A program made the translations under genes and the position numbers. Shown here piece after piece: positions 54,091 through 62,625 of a stretch of DNA of 64,000 bases (position 1 is the first letter of the stretch; every line of letters starts with the position of its first letter). Under the pieces are notes generated by a model that worked only from the letters and a program-made list of their open reading frames with translations, did not search any database and had not been told where the DNA came from. Source of the stretch: Dehalococcoidia bacterium (GTDB lineage Bacteria > Chloroflexota > Dehalococcoidia > Lucifugimonadales > UBA3495); assembly GCA_022451945.1 (NCBI GenBank), contig JAKUNK010000011.1, positions 21,255 through 85,254 of the forward strand, in the 5' to 3' direction.

Positions 54091-55338
54091 GTGGGAATCA
54101 GCGGGTTCGTTATGGTTATATCAACCGTCCCCTTGTTCCATGCTATGAGCGTCTGGGCAGTGGCTTTGGAGCGTGAATTCGGCTGGAACCGCACGCAGCT
54201 AGGGTTCGCACTCACTTTCACCCGAGTCGAAGGCGGGTTGATGGGTCCCATCGAAGGGTATCTCACCGACAAAGTGGGTGCCCGGAGGATGGTGTTCATC
54301 GGGATGATTATCCTTGGCGGGGCGTTCATCTTCTTTGCCCAGGTACAGAACCTGTGGATGTTCTATTTGGCCTACATCTTCATGGCCGTGGGACAAGGGC
54401 TAGGAAGTTGGATCCCCTTGATGACCATGCTCAACCGGTGGTTCCACCGTCGACGCGCAATGGCCTTGGGTTGGTCAAATATGGGCAGCCGGCTGGGCGC
54501 GTTGGTCTTGGTCCCGTTGATTGCTTGGTCCATAGACCCAGATCAAGATCGCCTGGGTTGGCGTATGACGGCCACCATCTTGGGCGTGTTTATGATTGTA
54601 GTAGCCGGCCCTATCTCCCGTTTGATCCACAACCAGCCACAGGATATCGGTCTACTGCCCGACGGCGACAAACCTGCTACGCAGCCCGCGGCTAACGCCG
54701 GAGAGTCCCACGCGGCCAGTTCATATGAGGCCGACTTCACCGCCTCTGAGGCACTACGGACTCCGGCTTTCTGGTTGATTGCATTCGGCCACGGATTCAC
54801 CTCTATGGTGATTCTGGCCATCATGGCCCACCTTGGTCTGCTGATGGTTGACAAGGGCTACCAGGTACAGGACGCTGCTTTCGTGGTATCTGTCTACACC
54901 GCGGTAGCCATGGGCTTCCAACTAGTGGGCGGTTATGTGGGCGGGAAGGTGCCTATTAGGCTGGCTTTGGCATTTTTCACAAGTCTACAGGCTATGGGCG
55001 TGGTGGTGTTGGTTTTCGCAGACTCCCTTCCGTCCATATACGCGTTCGCCGTCTTGTTCGGGGCAGGATTCGGCGGCCGCAACCCGCTGACGGTAGCGAT
55101 CCGTGGGGAATACTTCGGTTCTGCGTCGTTCGGCAAGATATTAGGGTTTTCCACAGTCCCTATGAACCTGTTGCTTCTTATTGCCGCGCCTCTGGTCGGC
55201 TGGATGCGAGACATTCAGGGCGATTACACGGACGCCTTTCTTGTGATGGTGGTGACTAATCTGGCTGGCGCTGCCTGCTTCCTGTTGGCCAAACGTCCCC
55301 AAAACAAAACGGCGCCCTTGTCCGCCGCAGCAGACTAG
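54091..55338 (+). CDS. MFS transporter (OFA-like); the true start is probably upstream of the first canonical start codon
   Basis: 12-TM MFS layout and the EREFGWNRTQLG motif. The in-frame upstream sequence reads ...LNGIFYGWWLV, a typical N-terminal motif of this family. It has no ATG, GTG or TTG (see findings). Confidence 0.8.
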   Translation: MGISGFVMVISTVPLFHAMSVWAVALEREFGWNRTQLGFALTFTRVEGGLMGPIEGYLTDKVGARRMVFIGMIILGGAFIFFAQVQNLWMFYLAYIFMAVGQGLGSWIPLMTMLNRWFHRRRAMALGWSNMGSRLGALVLVPLIAWSIDPDQDRLGWRMTATILGVFMIVVAGPISRLIHNQPQDIGLLPDGDKPATQPAANAGESHAASSYEADFTASEALRTPAFWLIAFGHGFTSMVILAIMAHLGLLMVDKGYQVQDAAFVVSVYTAVAMGFQLVGGYVGGKVPIRLALAFFTSLQAMGVVVLVFADSLPSIYAFAVLFGAGFGGRNPLTVAIRGEYFGSASFGKILGFSTVPMNLLLLIAAPLVGWMRDIQGDYTDAFLVMVVTNLAGAACFLLAKRPQNKTAPLSAAAD

Positions 55339-55376
55339 AACGCCATTTTCGCTATTTAGCTAAATATTACGAGAGC

Positions 55377-55892
55377 TTAAGACTCTTGAATCTCTATGAG
55401 CTCAATCGTAACCTGATCTGTTGGCCTGTTACTAGCTCCCTGAGGAACCTTTGAGATGGCATCGGCTATGTCTTGACCCGAGGTCACTTTTCCAAAAATC
55501 GTGTGTGCGCCATTCAGATGAGGAGTTGGAGCAACGGTAATGAAGAACTGACTTCCGTTGGTGCCTGGGCCCGCATTGGCCATCGCCAGGATGCCCGGGC
55601 CATCGAAAACCAGAGATTTGTCGAACTCATCTTGAAACTTGTAGCCTGGCCCTCCCATCCCGGTTCCGTCTGGATCTCCACCTTGAATCATGAAGTCCGG
55701 AATGACTCGATGGAATATCACGTTATCGTAGAAGCCGTCCCTTGCTAAGAATACAAAATTGTTCACTGTCACCGGCGCTTGAGACGCGAAAAGATCGATA
55801 TGGATATCGCCGTGGTTGGTCTTAAATTTCGCCGAATAGGACTTACTCTCATCGATTGTCATTGCCGGCGGCGCTGAATAAGATTTGGGCAT
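55377..55892 (-). CDS. peptidyl-prolyl cis-trans isomerase, cyclophilin type
   Basis: Motifs FHRVIPDFMIQGGDP, LAMANAGPGTNGSQFFIT and LNGAHTIFGKV. The ATG at 55892 has a GGAGGA SD. Confidence 0.9.
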   Translation of the reverse strand: MPKSYSAPPAMTIDESKSYSAKFKTNHGDIHIDLFASQAPVTVNNFVFLARDGFYDNVIFHRVIPDFMIQGGDPDGTGMGGPGYKFQDEFDKSLVFDGPGILAMANAGPGTNGSQFFITVAPTPHLNGAHTIFGKVTSGQDIADAISKVPQGASNRPTDQVTIELIEIQES

Positions 55893-55959
55893 TAGTTTCC
55901 TCCGGTGGTTAAGGCAATTTTTACGGTACGGATTGTAACATCTGGGGCTTAGTTCGAAA

Positions 55960-56018
55960 CCAGTTGTGATACCAAGAAGGCCCGCATACGATGCGGGCCT
56001 TCTTGGTATCACAACTGG
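55960..56018 (-). terminator. 28-bp perfect hairpin between the hypothetical gene and the cyclophilin gene
   Basis: CCAGTTGTGATACCAAGAAGGCCCGCAT - ACG - ATGCGGGCCTTCTTGGTATCACAACTGG. Confidence 0.55.
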
Positions 56019-56055
56019 TCCGTAAATTGATCCGTACAAGATCCAACTGCGCTGG

Positions 56056-56496
56056 CTAGGCCCGGTTGTAGGTTTTTGTTTCTGCCCAGGCAACGATCTT
56101 GGGCAAGGCAGCGTCGATGTCTCGTTGGTCTATGGAACGGGCGATGTCTTCCGCCTCGCACCGAATCAGCATTATGGGCAGCCGGTTCTTGATCTTGTCT
56201 AAGGTCCAGGCCAATGAGTCGCCTTCCGCGGTGAAGTCTAACATCAGACGCTCGTTCTTCTTGACCGTGGCATTCCTGTAATGGTAATGGGGCGCAACTC
56301 GGAAGCAGTCAAAGCGTAGAAGCTCTTTGTCCTGCCCTTCTAGTTGGTCGCCGTAAACATGGATACAGACGCCTTCCTCGGCCCCTTCGTGGAGCGTCCG
56401 ATATTCCAAACCGAACGTGACAGCTCCGGCTTGGATCAGTTCTTCGGATCCGCTCGTCTCGCCACCCATCTGCGCATGCATCGTTTGTTGTGCCAT
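56056..56496 (-). CDS. hypothetical protein (146 aa)
   Basis: The ATG at 56496 has an AGGAGA SD. It contains LLRFDCFRVAPHYHY. No family was confidently recognised. Confidence 0.5.
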   Translation of the reverse strand: MAQQTMHAQMGGETSGSEELIQAGAVTFGLEYRTLHEGAEEGVCIHVYGDQLEGQDKELLRFDCFRVAPHYHYRNATVKKNERLMLDFTAEGDSLAWTLDKIKNRLPIMLIRCEAEDIARSIDQRDIDAALPKIVAWAETKTYNRA

Positions 56497-56723
56497 GTCG
56501 CTTCTCCTTTGTGATAGGAATGCGGAGATTATACCGCTTAATCCGGATGTCCAAAATTGATATAACAGTAAGGAGCGAGGCGCTCTTTGGGCTATAATTA
56601 AAAGGCAGGGAGCGGAGGTGATGAACCCCTCAGACAGCGCCCAGCATACCAAGGTTCAGTCAGACGGTTTAAGTTTAAACCGGCCGTGTACGGCGGTGGA
56701 ACACGACGGAAAGGGGGCCTACG

Positions 56724-57815
56724 TTGGAGATACTTGAGCATATGGGGAACGAGGGCCACGAGCAGTTGGTGGTGGTCTCCGATGTCGGTTCAGGACTGAG
56801 GGCCATCATATCCATCCACGATACCACCCTAGGGCCTGCCTGCGGTGGAACAAGAATCTGGCCTTACACGTCTGAGCAAGAAGCGATCTGGGACGCTCTC
56901 CGTCTGTCCCGGGCGATGACCTATAAATCGGCGGCTGCCGATCTGCCTTTGGGCGGTGGCAAAGCCGTGATCATCGCTGATCCGCATACCGAGAAAACTG
57001 AAGCCTTAGTCCGGGCCTATGGGAGGTTCGTGGACACTCTGGCTGGCAGATATCTGACCACTACCGATGTAGGGACCACCGGCCGGGATATGGAGTATGT
57101 CAAGCAGGAGACCGACCATGTGGTCGGATTACCGACGACTGTCGGTGGCAGCGGCGACACCTCCATCATGACCGGGCTCGGACTCTACATGGGTATGAAG
57201 GCCTGCGCGAAGGAAGCGTGGGGAGCTGACACTCTGACCGGCAAAACTGTGGCGATTCAGGGGTTCGGAAAAGTGGCGTCCCACACGGCCCACCACCTGA
57301 TGAAAGAGGATGCCAAGCTGGTGGTGACAGACGTCTTTGATGGCGCATTAGACCGTGCTAGAGATTTGGGTTTGAAGGTGGTTAAACCCGACGAGATTTA
57401 CGATGTGGAGTGCGATATCTTCGCACCCTGCGCGTTGGGCGGAGTCATAAATCCAAACACCATCCCAAGGTTGAAATGCAAAGTGGTCGCCGGCGGCGCC
57501 AACAATCAGCTTCTGGCTGAGACCGACGGTGAAGAACTGCATCGGTTGGGCATCGTGTACGGCCCTGACTACATCTTGAATAGCGGCGGCATCATCAACG
57601 TTGAAACTGAGATCACCGGCGAATACAACCCGGACCGGGCCAGGGAAAAGACCGAACGCATCTACGAAATCACGGATCGGGTGATTGCAATCTCCAAGAA
57701 TGAAGAGGTTCCGACGGCGAAGGCGGCAGACCGTCTGGCCGAAGACCGGTTAAAGTCAGTTCGGGGGATACGGCGGCTCTACCGTTCGAATAAAATTGCT
57801 CCTGGTAGTAGATAA
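56724..57815 (+). CDS. Leu/Phe/Val dehydrogenase (Glu/Leu/Phe/Val dehydrogenase family)
   Basis: (M)EILEHMGNEGHEQLVVV start as in leucine dehydrogenases; motifs GGTRIWPY, PLGGGKAVI and GFGKVA. Confidence 0.85.
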   Translation: MEILEHMGNEGHEQLVVVSDVGSGLRAIISIHDTTLGPACGGTRIWPYTSEQEAIWDALRLSRAMTYKSAAADLPLGGGKAVIIADPHTEKTEALVRAYGRFVDTLAGRYLTTTDVGTTGRDMEYVKQETDHVVGLPTTVGGSGDTSIMTGLGLYMGMKACAKEAWGADTLTGKTVAIQGFGKVASHTAHHLMKEDAKLVVTDVFDGALDRARDLGLKVVKPDEIYDVECDIFAPCALGGVINPNTIPRLKCKVVAGGANNQLLAETDGEELHRLGIVYGPDYILNSGGIINVETEITGEYNPDRAREKTERIYEITDRVIAISKNEEVPTAKAADRLAEDRLKSVRGIRRLYRSNKIAPGSR

Positions 57816-57851
57816 GAAATGAGCGGCCGAGTCGGCCGCTCATTTCTTATC
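57811..57851. terminator. bidirectional terminator hairpin (20-bp arms)
   Basis: GATAAGAAATGAGCGGCCGA / TCGGCCGCTCATTTCTTATC. It overlaps the TAA stop at 57813-57815 and lies between convergent genes. Confidence 0.7.
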
Positions 57852-57870
57852 GTCTGCCGGATAGGAGAAA

Positions 57871-58077
57871 TTATTTGGCTACGGAATCAGCCTGGAACCC
57901 ACCGTCTCGGTGAGCGGCATCACAGAAAGGCTTGTTCTGTGATAGGCCGCATCTGCAGAAGCTTACCCACTCTCCATCTGGAACGCTGTAAGCCTTGCCA
58001 TCTTTGTCGGTGATAGTGATGGGGCCGGTGAACCGCAAAGGACCGTTCTCCCGGACCTCAATGTTTACATCTGCCAT
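57871..58077 (-). CDS. CDGSH-type iron-sulfur domain protein (68 aa), copy 1
   Basis: CRCGLSQNKPFCDAAH is a C-x-C-x2-S-x3-P-x-C-D-x2-H motif, CDAAH variant. Confidence 0.85.
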   Translation of the reverse strand: MADVNIEVRENGPLRFTGPITITDKDGKAYSVPDGEWVSFCRCGLSQNKPFCDAAHRDGGFQADSVAK

Positions 58078-58162
58078 TGGAATCCTCCTTCATTTAAGTA
58101 AAGTTCGGCGCAGCCGAGAGGACCATTCCGGGGCCTGCCCGGCTTACGGAGTACGGAAGTAT

Positions 58163-58369
58163 TTACTTGGCGGCTGACTCGGCCTGGAAACCACCGTCGC
58201 GATGCCCGGAGTCACAGAAAGGTTTGTTATTGGACAGACCGCATCGGCAAAGGGTTGCCCACTCGCCTTCAGGGATGGTGTAGTTCTTGCCGTCTTTGTC
58301 GGTTATGGTTATGGGGCCTGTAACGCGGAGACCAGCGTTCTCTCGGATCTCGATATTGACGCCTGCCAT
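58163..58369 (-). CDS. CDGSH-type iron-sulfur domain protein (68 aa), copy 2
   Basis: From MAGVNIEIRENAGLRVTGPITITDKDGK, with CRCGLSNNKPFCDSGH. The ATG at 58369 has a GGAGGA SD. Confidence 0.85.
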   Translation of the reverse strand: MAGVNIEIRENAGLRVTGPITITDKDGKNYTIPEGEWATLCRCGLSNNKPFCDSGHRDGGFQAESAAK

Positions 58370-58515
58370 ATGAATTCCTCCGTCACTTCTGTAATACCGG
58401 ATAGATGAGCGGGCCGCATCAGGCGTAACGCCAGCTATCACGACCGAAAAGTTAGTCTGACACCCTTAATTAGGGGTGTCAAGCAGGCGGGTGAAGTACC
58501 GAATCGGCCCTCGAA

Positions 58516-60006
58516 TCAATAAGATGTTGACTTTGTGGTTATGGGTTCGGGTTGAGGCTGGGATGCGGGCGGCCTACGCTCTCCCCTCATCACCGCCAAG
58601 GTGATTCCCACTAACAGCAGTCCTGCCATCATCCAGAAGGACCATTTCAGCCCAGCCACAAAGGCGTCGGCCACCTCCGGATTGACGGCGTCCAAACTTG
58701 GCTCCACGCCTCGGGACCCCATTGTGGCAACGACTACAGTGGTGGCGATAGCGATGCTGGTGACGTTGGCCGAGTTGCGCACCAATTGGGTCAGGGCAGA
58801 GACTACGCCGTACTGAGCCCGGTCCACCGCGCTCAGTATAGAACTGTTGTTGGGAGAATTGAACAAAGCAGTCCCGGCGCTCTGGGCCATCAATAGCACC
58901 ACAATCAATAGCTTGGGCGAAAACGCTGTGAGAGAGGTGGCCATGATGACCCACGCGACGGCGGACACAGTGAGGCCGCCTACGGTAAGGCCTCGCCAGC
59001 CAAACCGGTCCGACCAACGACCACTAATCGGCCCCAGTAAGACCATGCACATGGCCGGCGGTATGAGCAGCAACCCGACCTCTCTGGGAGATAACTCTAA
59101 CACCCTTTGCAGATAGAACGGCATCATGAACCTAGACGCTGAACTGCCCAAGAACGAGAACCATCCGGCCGCCACGCCCAGGCTCACCAGTTTCTGTTTG
59201 AAGAGGCGCATATCCAACATCGGGGTCGGGAAGTGGAGTTCCCACCAGACAAAGGATACGCCCGCGACGACCGTGGCAACGCCGCCGGACACTATCAGGC
59301 CCGATGTCCATCCTGCCCGGTCTCCATTACCCACAACCAATAAGAATCCCAATAGAGCTAGGCCCGAGAGCACCGCTCCGCCCCAGTCGAACCGCTGTTT
59401 GATCTCTCCCGGCGCAGGCGGGGCCGGCTTGCCTAGAGGAAGGACCAGCATCGAAACGGCGATGGTGAAGACCCCCACGGGTACATTGGCGAAAAAGACG
59501 GAACGCCACTCGAAGGCGCTGACTAACAAGCCTCCGATGGCTGGCCCCGCGATCGCGCCAGCACCGACGACGCTCAAGTGGGTGCCAAGTGCTTTGCCAC
59601 GCTCGGTTCCTGGGAATGCAGCTATGGTCATAGCGATTCCAGAACTCTGGACCATGGCAGAGCCCACACCCTGGAAGATCTTGGCAGCTATCAGCGATCC
59701 TAAGTTTGGTGACGCCCCAGCCAGTGCTGCCGCAACCACGAAAATAATCATCCCACCGACATACACCTGCTTGCGGCCGATGATGTCTCCGAGACGCCCC
59801 ATCGGCAGGATCAGAACGCTGATGGCTAACGCGTAACCCACGACGATCCACTGGACGGTGGGCAGGTCGGAACCGAAATGGCTCTCGATGCTGGGTAGGG
59901 CTACCAAGACGCTGCCGTGATCTACGACAGATAGGAAAGTACCTATGGCGATGGTGCTAAACACCCACCACTTGTAGTTGTCGCTGGCTCTGATAGCGGA
60001 AATCAC
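58516..60006 (-). CDS. MFS transporter, DHA2 (EmrB/QacA, 14-TM) type
   Basis: 496 aa. The GRLGDIIGRK loop, and the length and hydrophobicity pattern, fit 14-TM drug:H+ antiporters. GTG start. Confidence 0.85.
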   Translation of the reverse strand: MISAIRASDNYKWWVFSTIAIGTFLSVVDHGSVLVALPSIESHFGSDLPTVQWIVVGYALAISVLILPMGRLGDIIGRKQVYVGGMIIFVVAAALAGASPNLGSLIAAKIFQGVGSAMVQSSGIAMTIAAFPGTERGKALGTHLSVVGAGAIAGPAIGGLLVSAFEWRSVFFANVPVGVFTIAVSMLVLPLGKPAPPAPGEIKQRFDWGGAVLSGLALLGFLLVVGNGDRAGWTSGLIVSGGVATVVAGVSFVWWELHFPTPMLDMRLFKQKLVSLGVAAGWFSFLGSSASRFMMPFYLQRVLELSPREVGLLLIPPAMCMVLLGPISGRWSDRFGWRGLTVGGLTVSAVAWVIMATSLTAFSPKLLIVVLLMAQSAGTALFNSPNNSSILSAVDRAQYGVVSALTQLVRNSANVTSIAIATTVVVATMGSRGVEPSLDAVNPEVADAFVAGLKWSFWMMAGLLLVGITLAVMRGERRPPASQPQPEPITTKSTSY

Positions 60007-60052
60007 TTCCCTAGGTTACTCCTGAAATCTCCGCTTGATTTATAGGTTTCAA

Positions 60053-61270
60053 TCATCGGGCCTGCCTAACTCTAGGCAAGATCATATAGGATATAGAGCC
60101 TAACACTAGACCTGCTACGCCAACCGCAGTCAGGGCTATCACCACGCTTGTGAGGTCAACTAGTAACCCCACAGCCAGGCTGGACATGAACACGAATCCT
60201 TGGCTGTACAGGTGCAGGCTGGTGATGCGGCTGCGCAGATGATCAGGTACCAACGACTGGATCAGGGTACTTGAGGATGTCCGAAACGTGGCTTGAGCCA
60301 ATGACATCAGTCCGATCAATATCGCAGCTGGGACCAGCCAATGGGAGTGGGCAAACAGAAGGACTGAGATAGAGGCTAGTACTATGGACCACAGGCAGAT
60401 CATCCCCCGGTTGGTGCCAAATCCTACGGACGCAATGGTCAAAGCTGACACGAGTCCCCCTAGTCCTGTGACCGCTAACAAAACTCCGCCAACGTCGGCA
60501 CTTCTGTGCAGTACGTCAACGGTGAAGACGGGCAGCACGAACCAGGCGGGGTGCAGCAGTACGTTAGGGATCAAGCCGAGAAGAAGCAGGTTCCAGATCA
60601 CCCGCTCTTCTTTCCTGACGTACCGGATCCCTTCCATGAAGTTGGCCAACGGAGAGCCGCCGGATCGTGCCGGGCGCTGCTGGGTGTAAGGGGTCTTCAT
60701 CGGCAGGAAGGCAAGCACTGTGGCGGCGTACAGGCTGGCTTCGATGACGAAATTCCAGGAAAATCCAACCGTTATTATCAGCACTCCGCCGATGAATGGT
60801 CCAATCATCCTGGTGCCGGTGATGGTTAGAGTGTTGGAGGCGTAGGCGTTCACCAGGGCTTCTCGGGGCACAGTGTTTGCTACCAACGTCTGACGCATGG
60901 GTAGAGTCGTCGACCAGCAAACGCCTGAAATTACCACGTATATATAGGCGTGCCACCACTCAACGTGCCCCGAACTCACTATCAAAGCGAAGGCTATAGC
61001 GGCGATGGCCATAAATGCCTGGACAACCATCACCAACTTTCGGCGGTCCACCCTGTCCCCTAGAACACCTGCCCAAGGGCCCACGATCAGTGTTGGCAGA
61101 GTGGTCATTCCGCCGACCGTTACCACCAGAAGACCGGACGAGGCGAAAGAATCGGTGAGGTCTCGCACTAGCCAACCCACGGAGAGGAGTTGCAACCACT
61201 GGGCTGTATTGGCGAAGAAGTTACCGATCCAGAGAAACCGGAAGTCTCTATAAGCCCGCCATGAGTCCAA
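60053..61270 (-). CDS. MFS transporter (EntS/MFS_3-like)
   Basis: N-terminus YRDFRFLWIGNFFANTAQW and GVLGDRVDRRK loop. TTG start. Confidence 0.8.
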   Translation of the reverse strand: MDSWRAYRDFRFLWIGNFFANTAQWLQLLSVGWLVRDLTDSFASSGLLVVTVGGMTTLPTLIVGPWAGVLGDRVDRRKLVMVVQAFMAIAAIAFALIVSSGHVEWWHAYIYVVISGVCWSTTLPMRQTLVANTVPREALVNAYASNTLTITGTRMIGPFIGGVLIITVGFSWNFVIEASLYAATVLAFLPMKTPYTQQRPARSGGSPLANFMEGIRYVRKEERVIWNLLLLGLIPNVLLHPAWFVLPVFTVDVLHRSADVGGVLLAVTGLGGLVSALTIASVGFGTNRGMICLWSIVLASISVLLFAHSHWLVPAAILIGLMSLAQATFRTSSSTLIQSLVPDHLRSRITSLHLYSQGFVFMSSLAVGLLVDLTSVVIALTAVGVAGLVLGSISYMILPRVRQAR

Positions 61271-61337
61271 TGTCTGTAGACGGCGTTGGCGTTGCGGGAC
61301 GCCGTGGTCTTGTCCTTGTTTAACGATGATGTTGCTC

Positions 61338-61366
61338 TTGACGCTTCATATCTGCTTCAGTTAAAT
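61338..61366 (+). promoter_or_regulatory. candidate promoter for the FmdB-like gene
   Basis: TTGACG (61338-61343), 17-nt spacer, TTAAAT (61361-61366). Confidence 0.35.
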
Positions 61367-61429
61367 TCAGTTCAAGCCCCGCTGAGGGCGTCTGAATTGA
61401 CCGCCGGATTTGATTAACGAGGTCGCATC

Positions 61430-61660
61430 ATGCCCCTTTACGAGTATCTCTGCCCCACCTGTGACAATAAATTCGAGCAATTGCAGTCGATGAACTCCAC
61501 AGGAGCTGATTGTCCTAACTGCGAACAGCCGGCCAAACGGGCGATTTCTGTTTTCGCGTCCATAACTAAAGGCGGCAACGAGATGCCCACGTCTATGGGT
61601 CCCTTGCCTCCTCTGGGCGGCGGCGGTTGCTGCGGCGGCGGATGTGGCTGCGGTCCATAG
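61430..61660 (+). CDS. FmdB-family zinc-ribbon protein with a Gly/Cys-rich tail
   Basis: MPLYEYLCPTCDNKFEQL...CPNCEQPAKR, a double CxxC. The tail reads GGGGCCGGGCGCGP. Confidence 0.8.
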   Translation: MPLYEYLCPTCDNKFEQLQSMNSTGADCPNCEQPAKRAISVFASITKGGNEMPTSMGPLPPLGGGGCCGGGCGCGP

Positions 61661-61695
61661 GCTATTTCCCGGACGCAAACACTGGATTTCTCACG

Positions 61696-61729
61696 AAACA
61701 GGGGCAAGTGTCACTTGCCCCTGTTTTTT
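61696..61729 (+). terminator. Rho-independent terminator
   Basis: AAACAGGGGCAAGTG / CACTTGCCCCTGTTT stem followed by TTTTTT. Confidence 0.75.
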
Positions 61730-61790
61730 CGGCCAAGGTTGGCAGGCATCTTTTCTCCATGCCACCAACCATCTTACTCCAGGTTGGCAC

Positions 61791-62513
61791 TTATGTGCTC
61801 TCTGCACCGTTCAGAGTCCGCTGCCAACCTGTGTACCGACCGTAGACGAAATAACCGCTTCCGACCACCGTTAGTATCAGAGCCCCAGCGATGACCCGGA
61901 GCGACACCCACATGGTGGCGTCGAACCAGAAATCCTGAGGGAAGATGCGGACCAGGTAGTCGGTTCGCGGGTCCAATTGCCAGAGATCGTTGGCAAAACT
62001 GAGTTGGTGGAATTTCAGAAATACGCCGTCAAAGCCTACCAACGCTGCGATTCCAAATACCACCATCAATATCAAAGTTAGTCCACCTCCCCAAGTCAGG
62101 CGTTTGGCCAGAGCCGGAACGAACCGGACCTTCTGCCAACTAAAGCCGACAACAATCATGGCCGCCAGATACGCTGCTGAGACCAAAGCCAACACGTACA
62201 CTCCTCTCACCAGTTGCTTTACATCTTTCATATGAGAGATTTCCCGGTTGTTGAAAAGGTCGCGTTTCTCTCCGAATATGCGAGTTGTTACGACCAGGGG
62301 TTCATCGCCGGAATTGATGTAGTGGCGGATGTCGGCGCCCACTTGGCGCAGGTCAGCGTCGGTGATTCCAGAGATGCGCGATATGGAATACTTCTCGAAG
62401 CCGTCGTTGTATAGGCCGGGACTGTTGAACGCCCAGGAGATGCTGGAAGTGACCAAAAACAGCGGCACGATGACGATGAAAAGGGCCCAGAAGACCCAGC
62501 AAACTCGGCCCAT
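61791..62513 (-). CDS. TIGR01906/DUF1461-family integral membrane protein (Lit-like)
   Basis: An N-terminal TM segment, then SISWAFNSPGLYNDGFEKY...HMKDV, and three C-terminal TM segments. This matches the DUF1461 architecture as I recall it. Confidence 0.55.
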   Translation of the reverse strand: MGRVCWVFWALFIVIVPLFLVTSSISWAFNSPGLYNDGFEKYSISRISGITDADLRQVGADIRHYINSGDEPLVVTTRIFGEKRDLFNNREISHMKDVKQLVRGVYVLALVSAAYLAAMIVVGFSWQKVRFVPALAKRLTWGGGLTLILMVVFGIAALVGFDGVFLKFHQLSFANDLWQLDPRTDYLVRIFPQDFWFDATMWVSLRVIAGALILTVVGSGYFVYGRYTGWQRTLNGAEST

Positions 62514-62625
62514 TTATTCTCCGTTATCTCCGCTTGTTTATGCCCAAACTTCGTGCCTGACCGTCAAACCTAACTTAGCACCGGCTGGCTTGTGAATCAA
62601 CCGGCGCCCCAACTATAATTCGCCC

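Noticed and set aside
55893-56093. N-terminal extensions in the ORF track. This one adds 67 aa to cyclophilin. Similar cases are 7056-7205 (hyuB), 18418-18510, 24233-24415, 56497-56652, 58370-58441 and 29395-29475.
   Set aside because: In each case an internal ATG or TTG with a good SD coincides with the start of family homology. The extension also overlaps an upstream gene, terminator or promoter.
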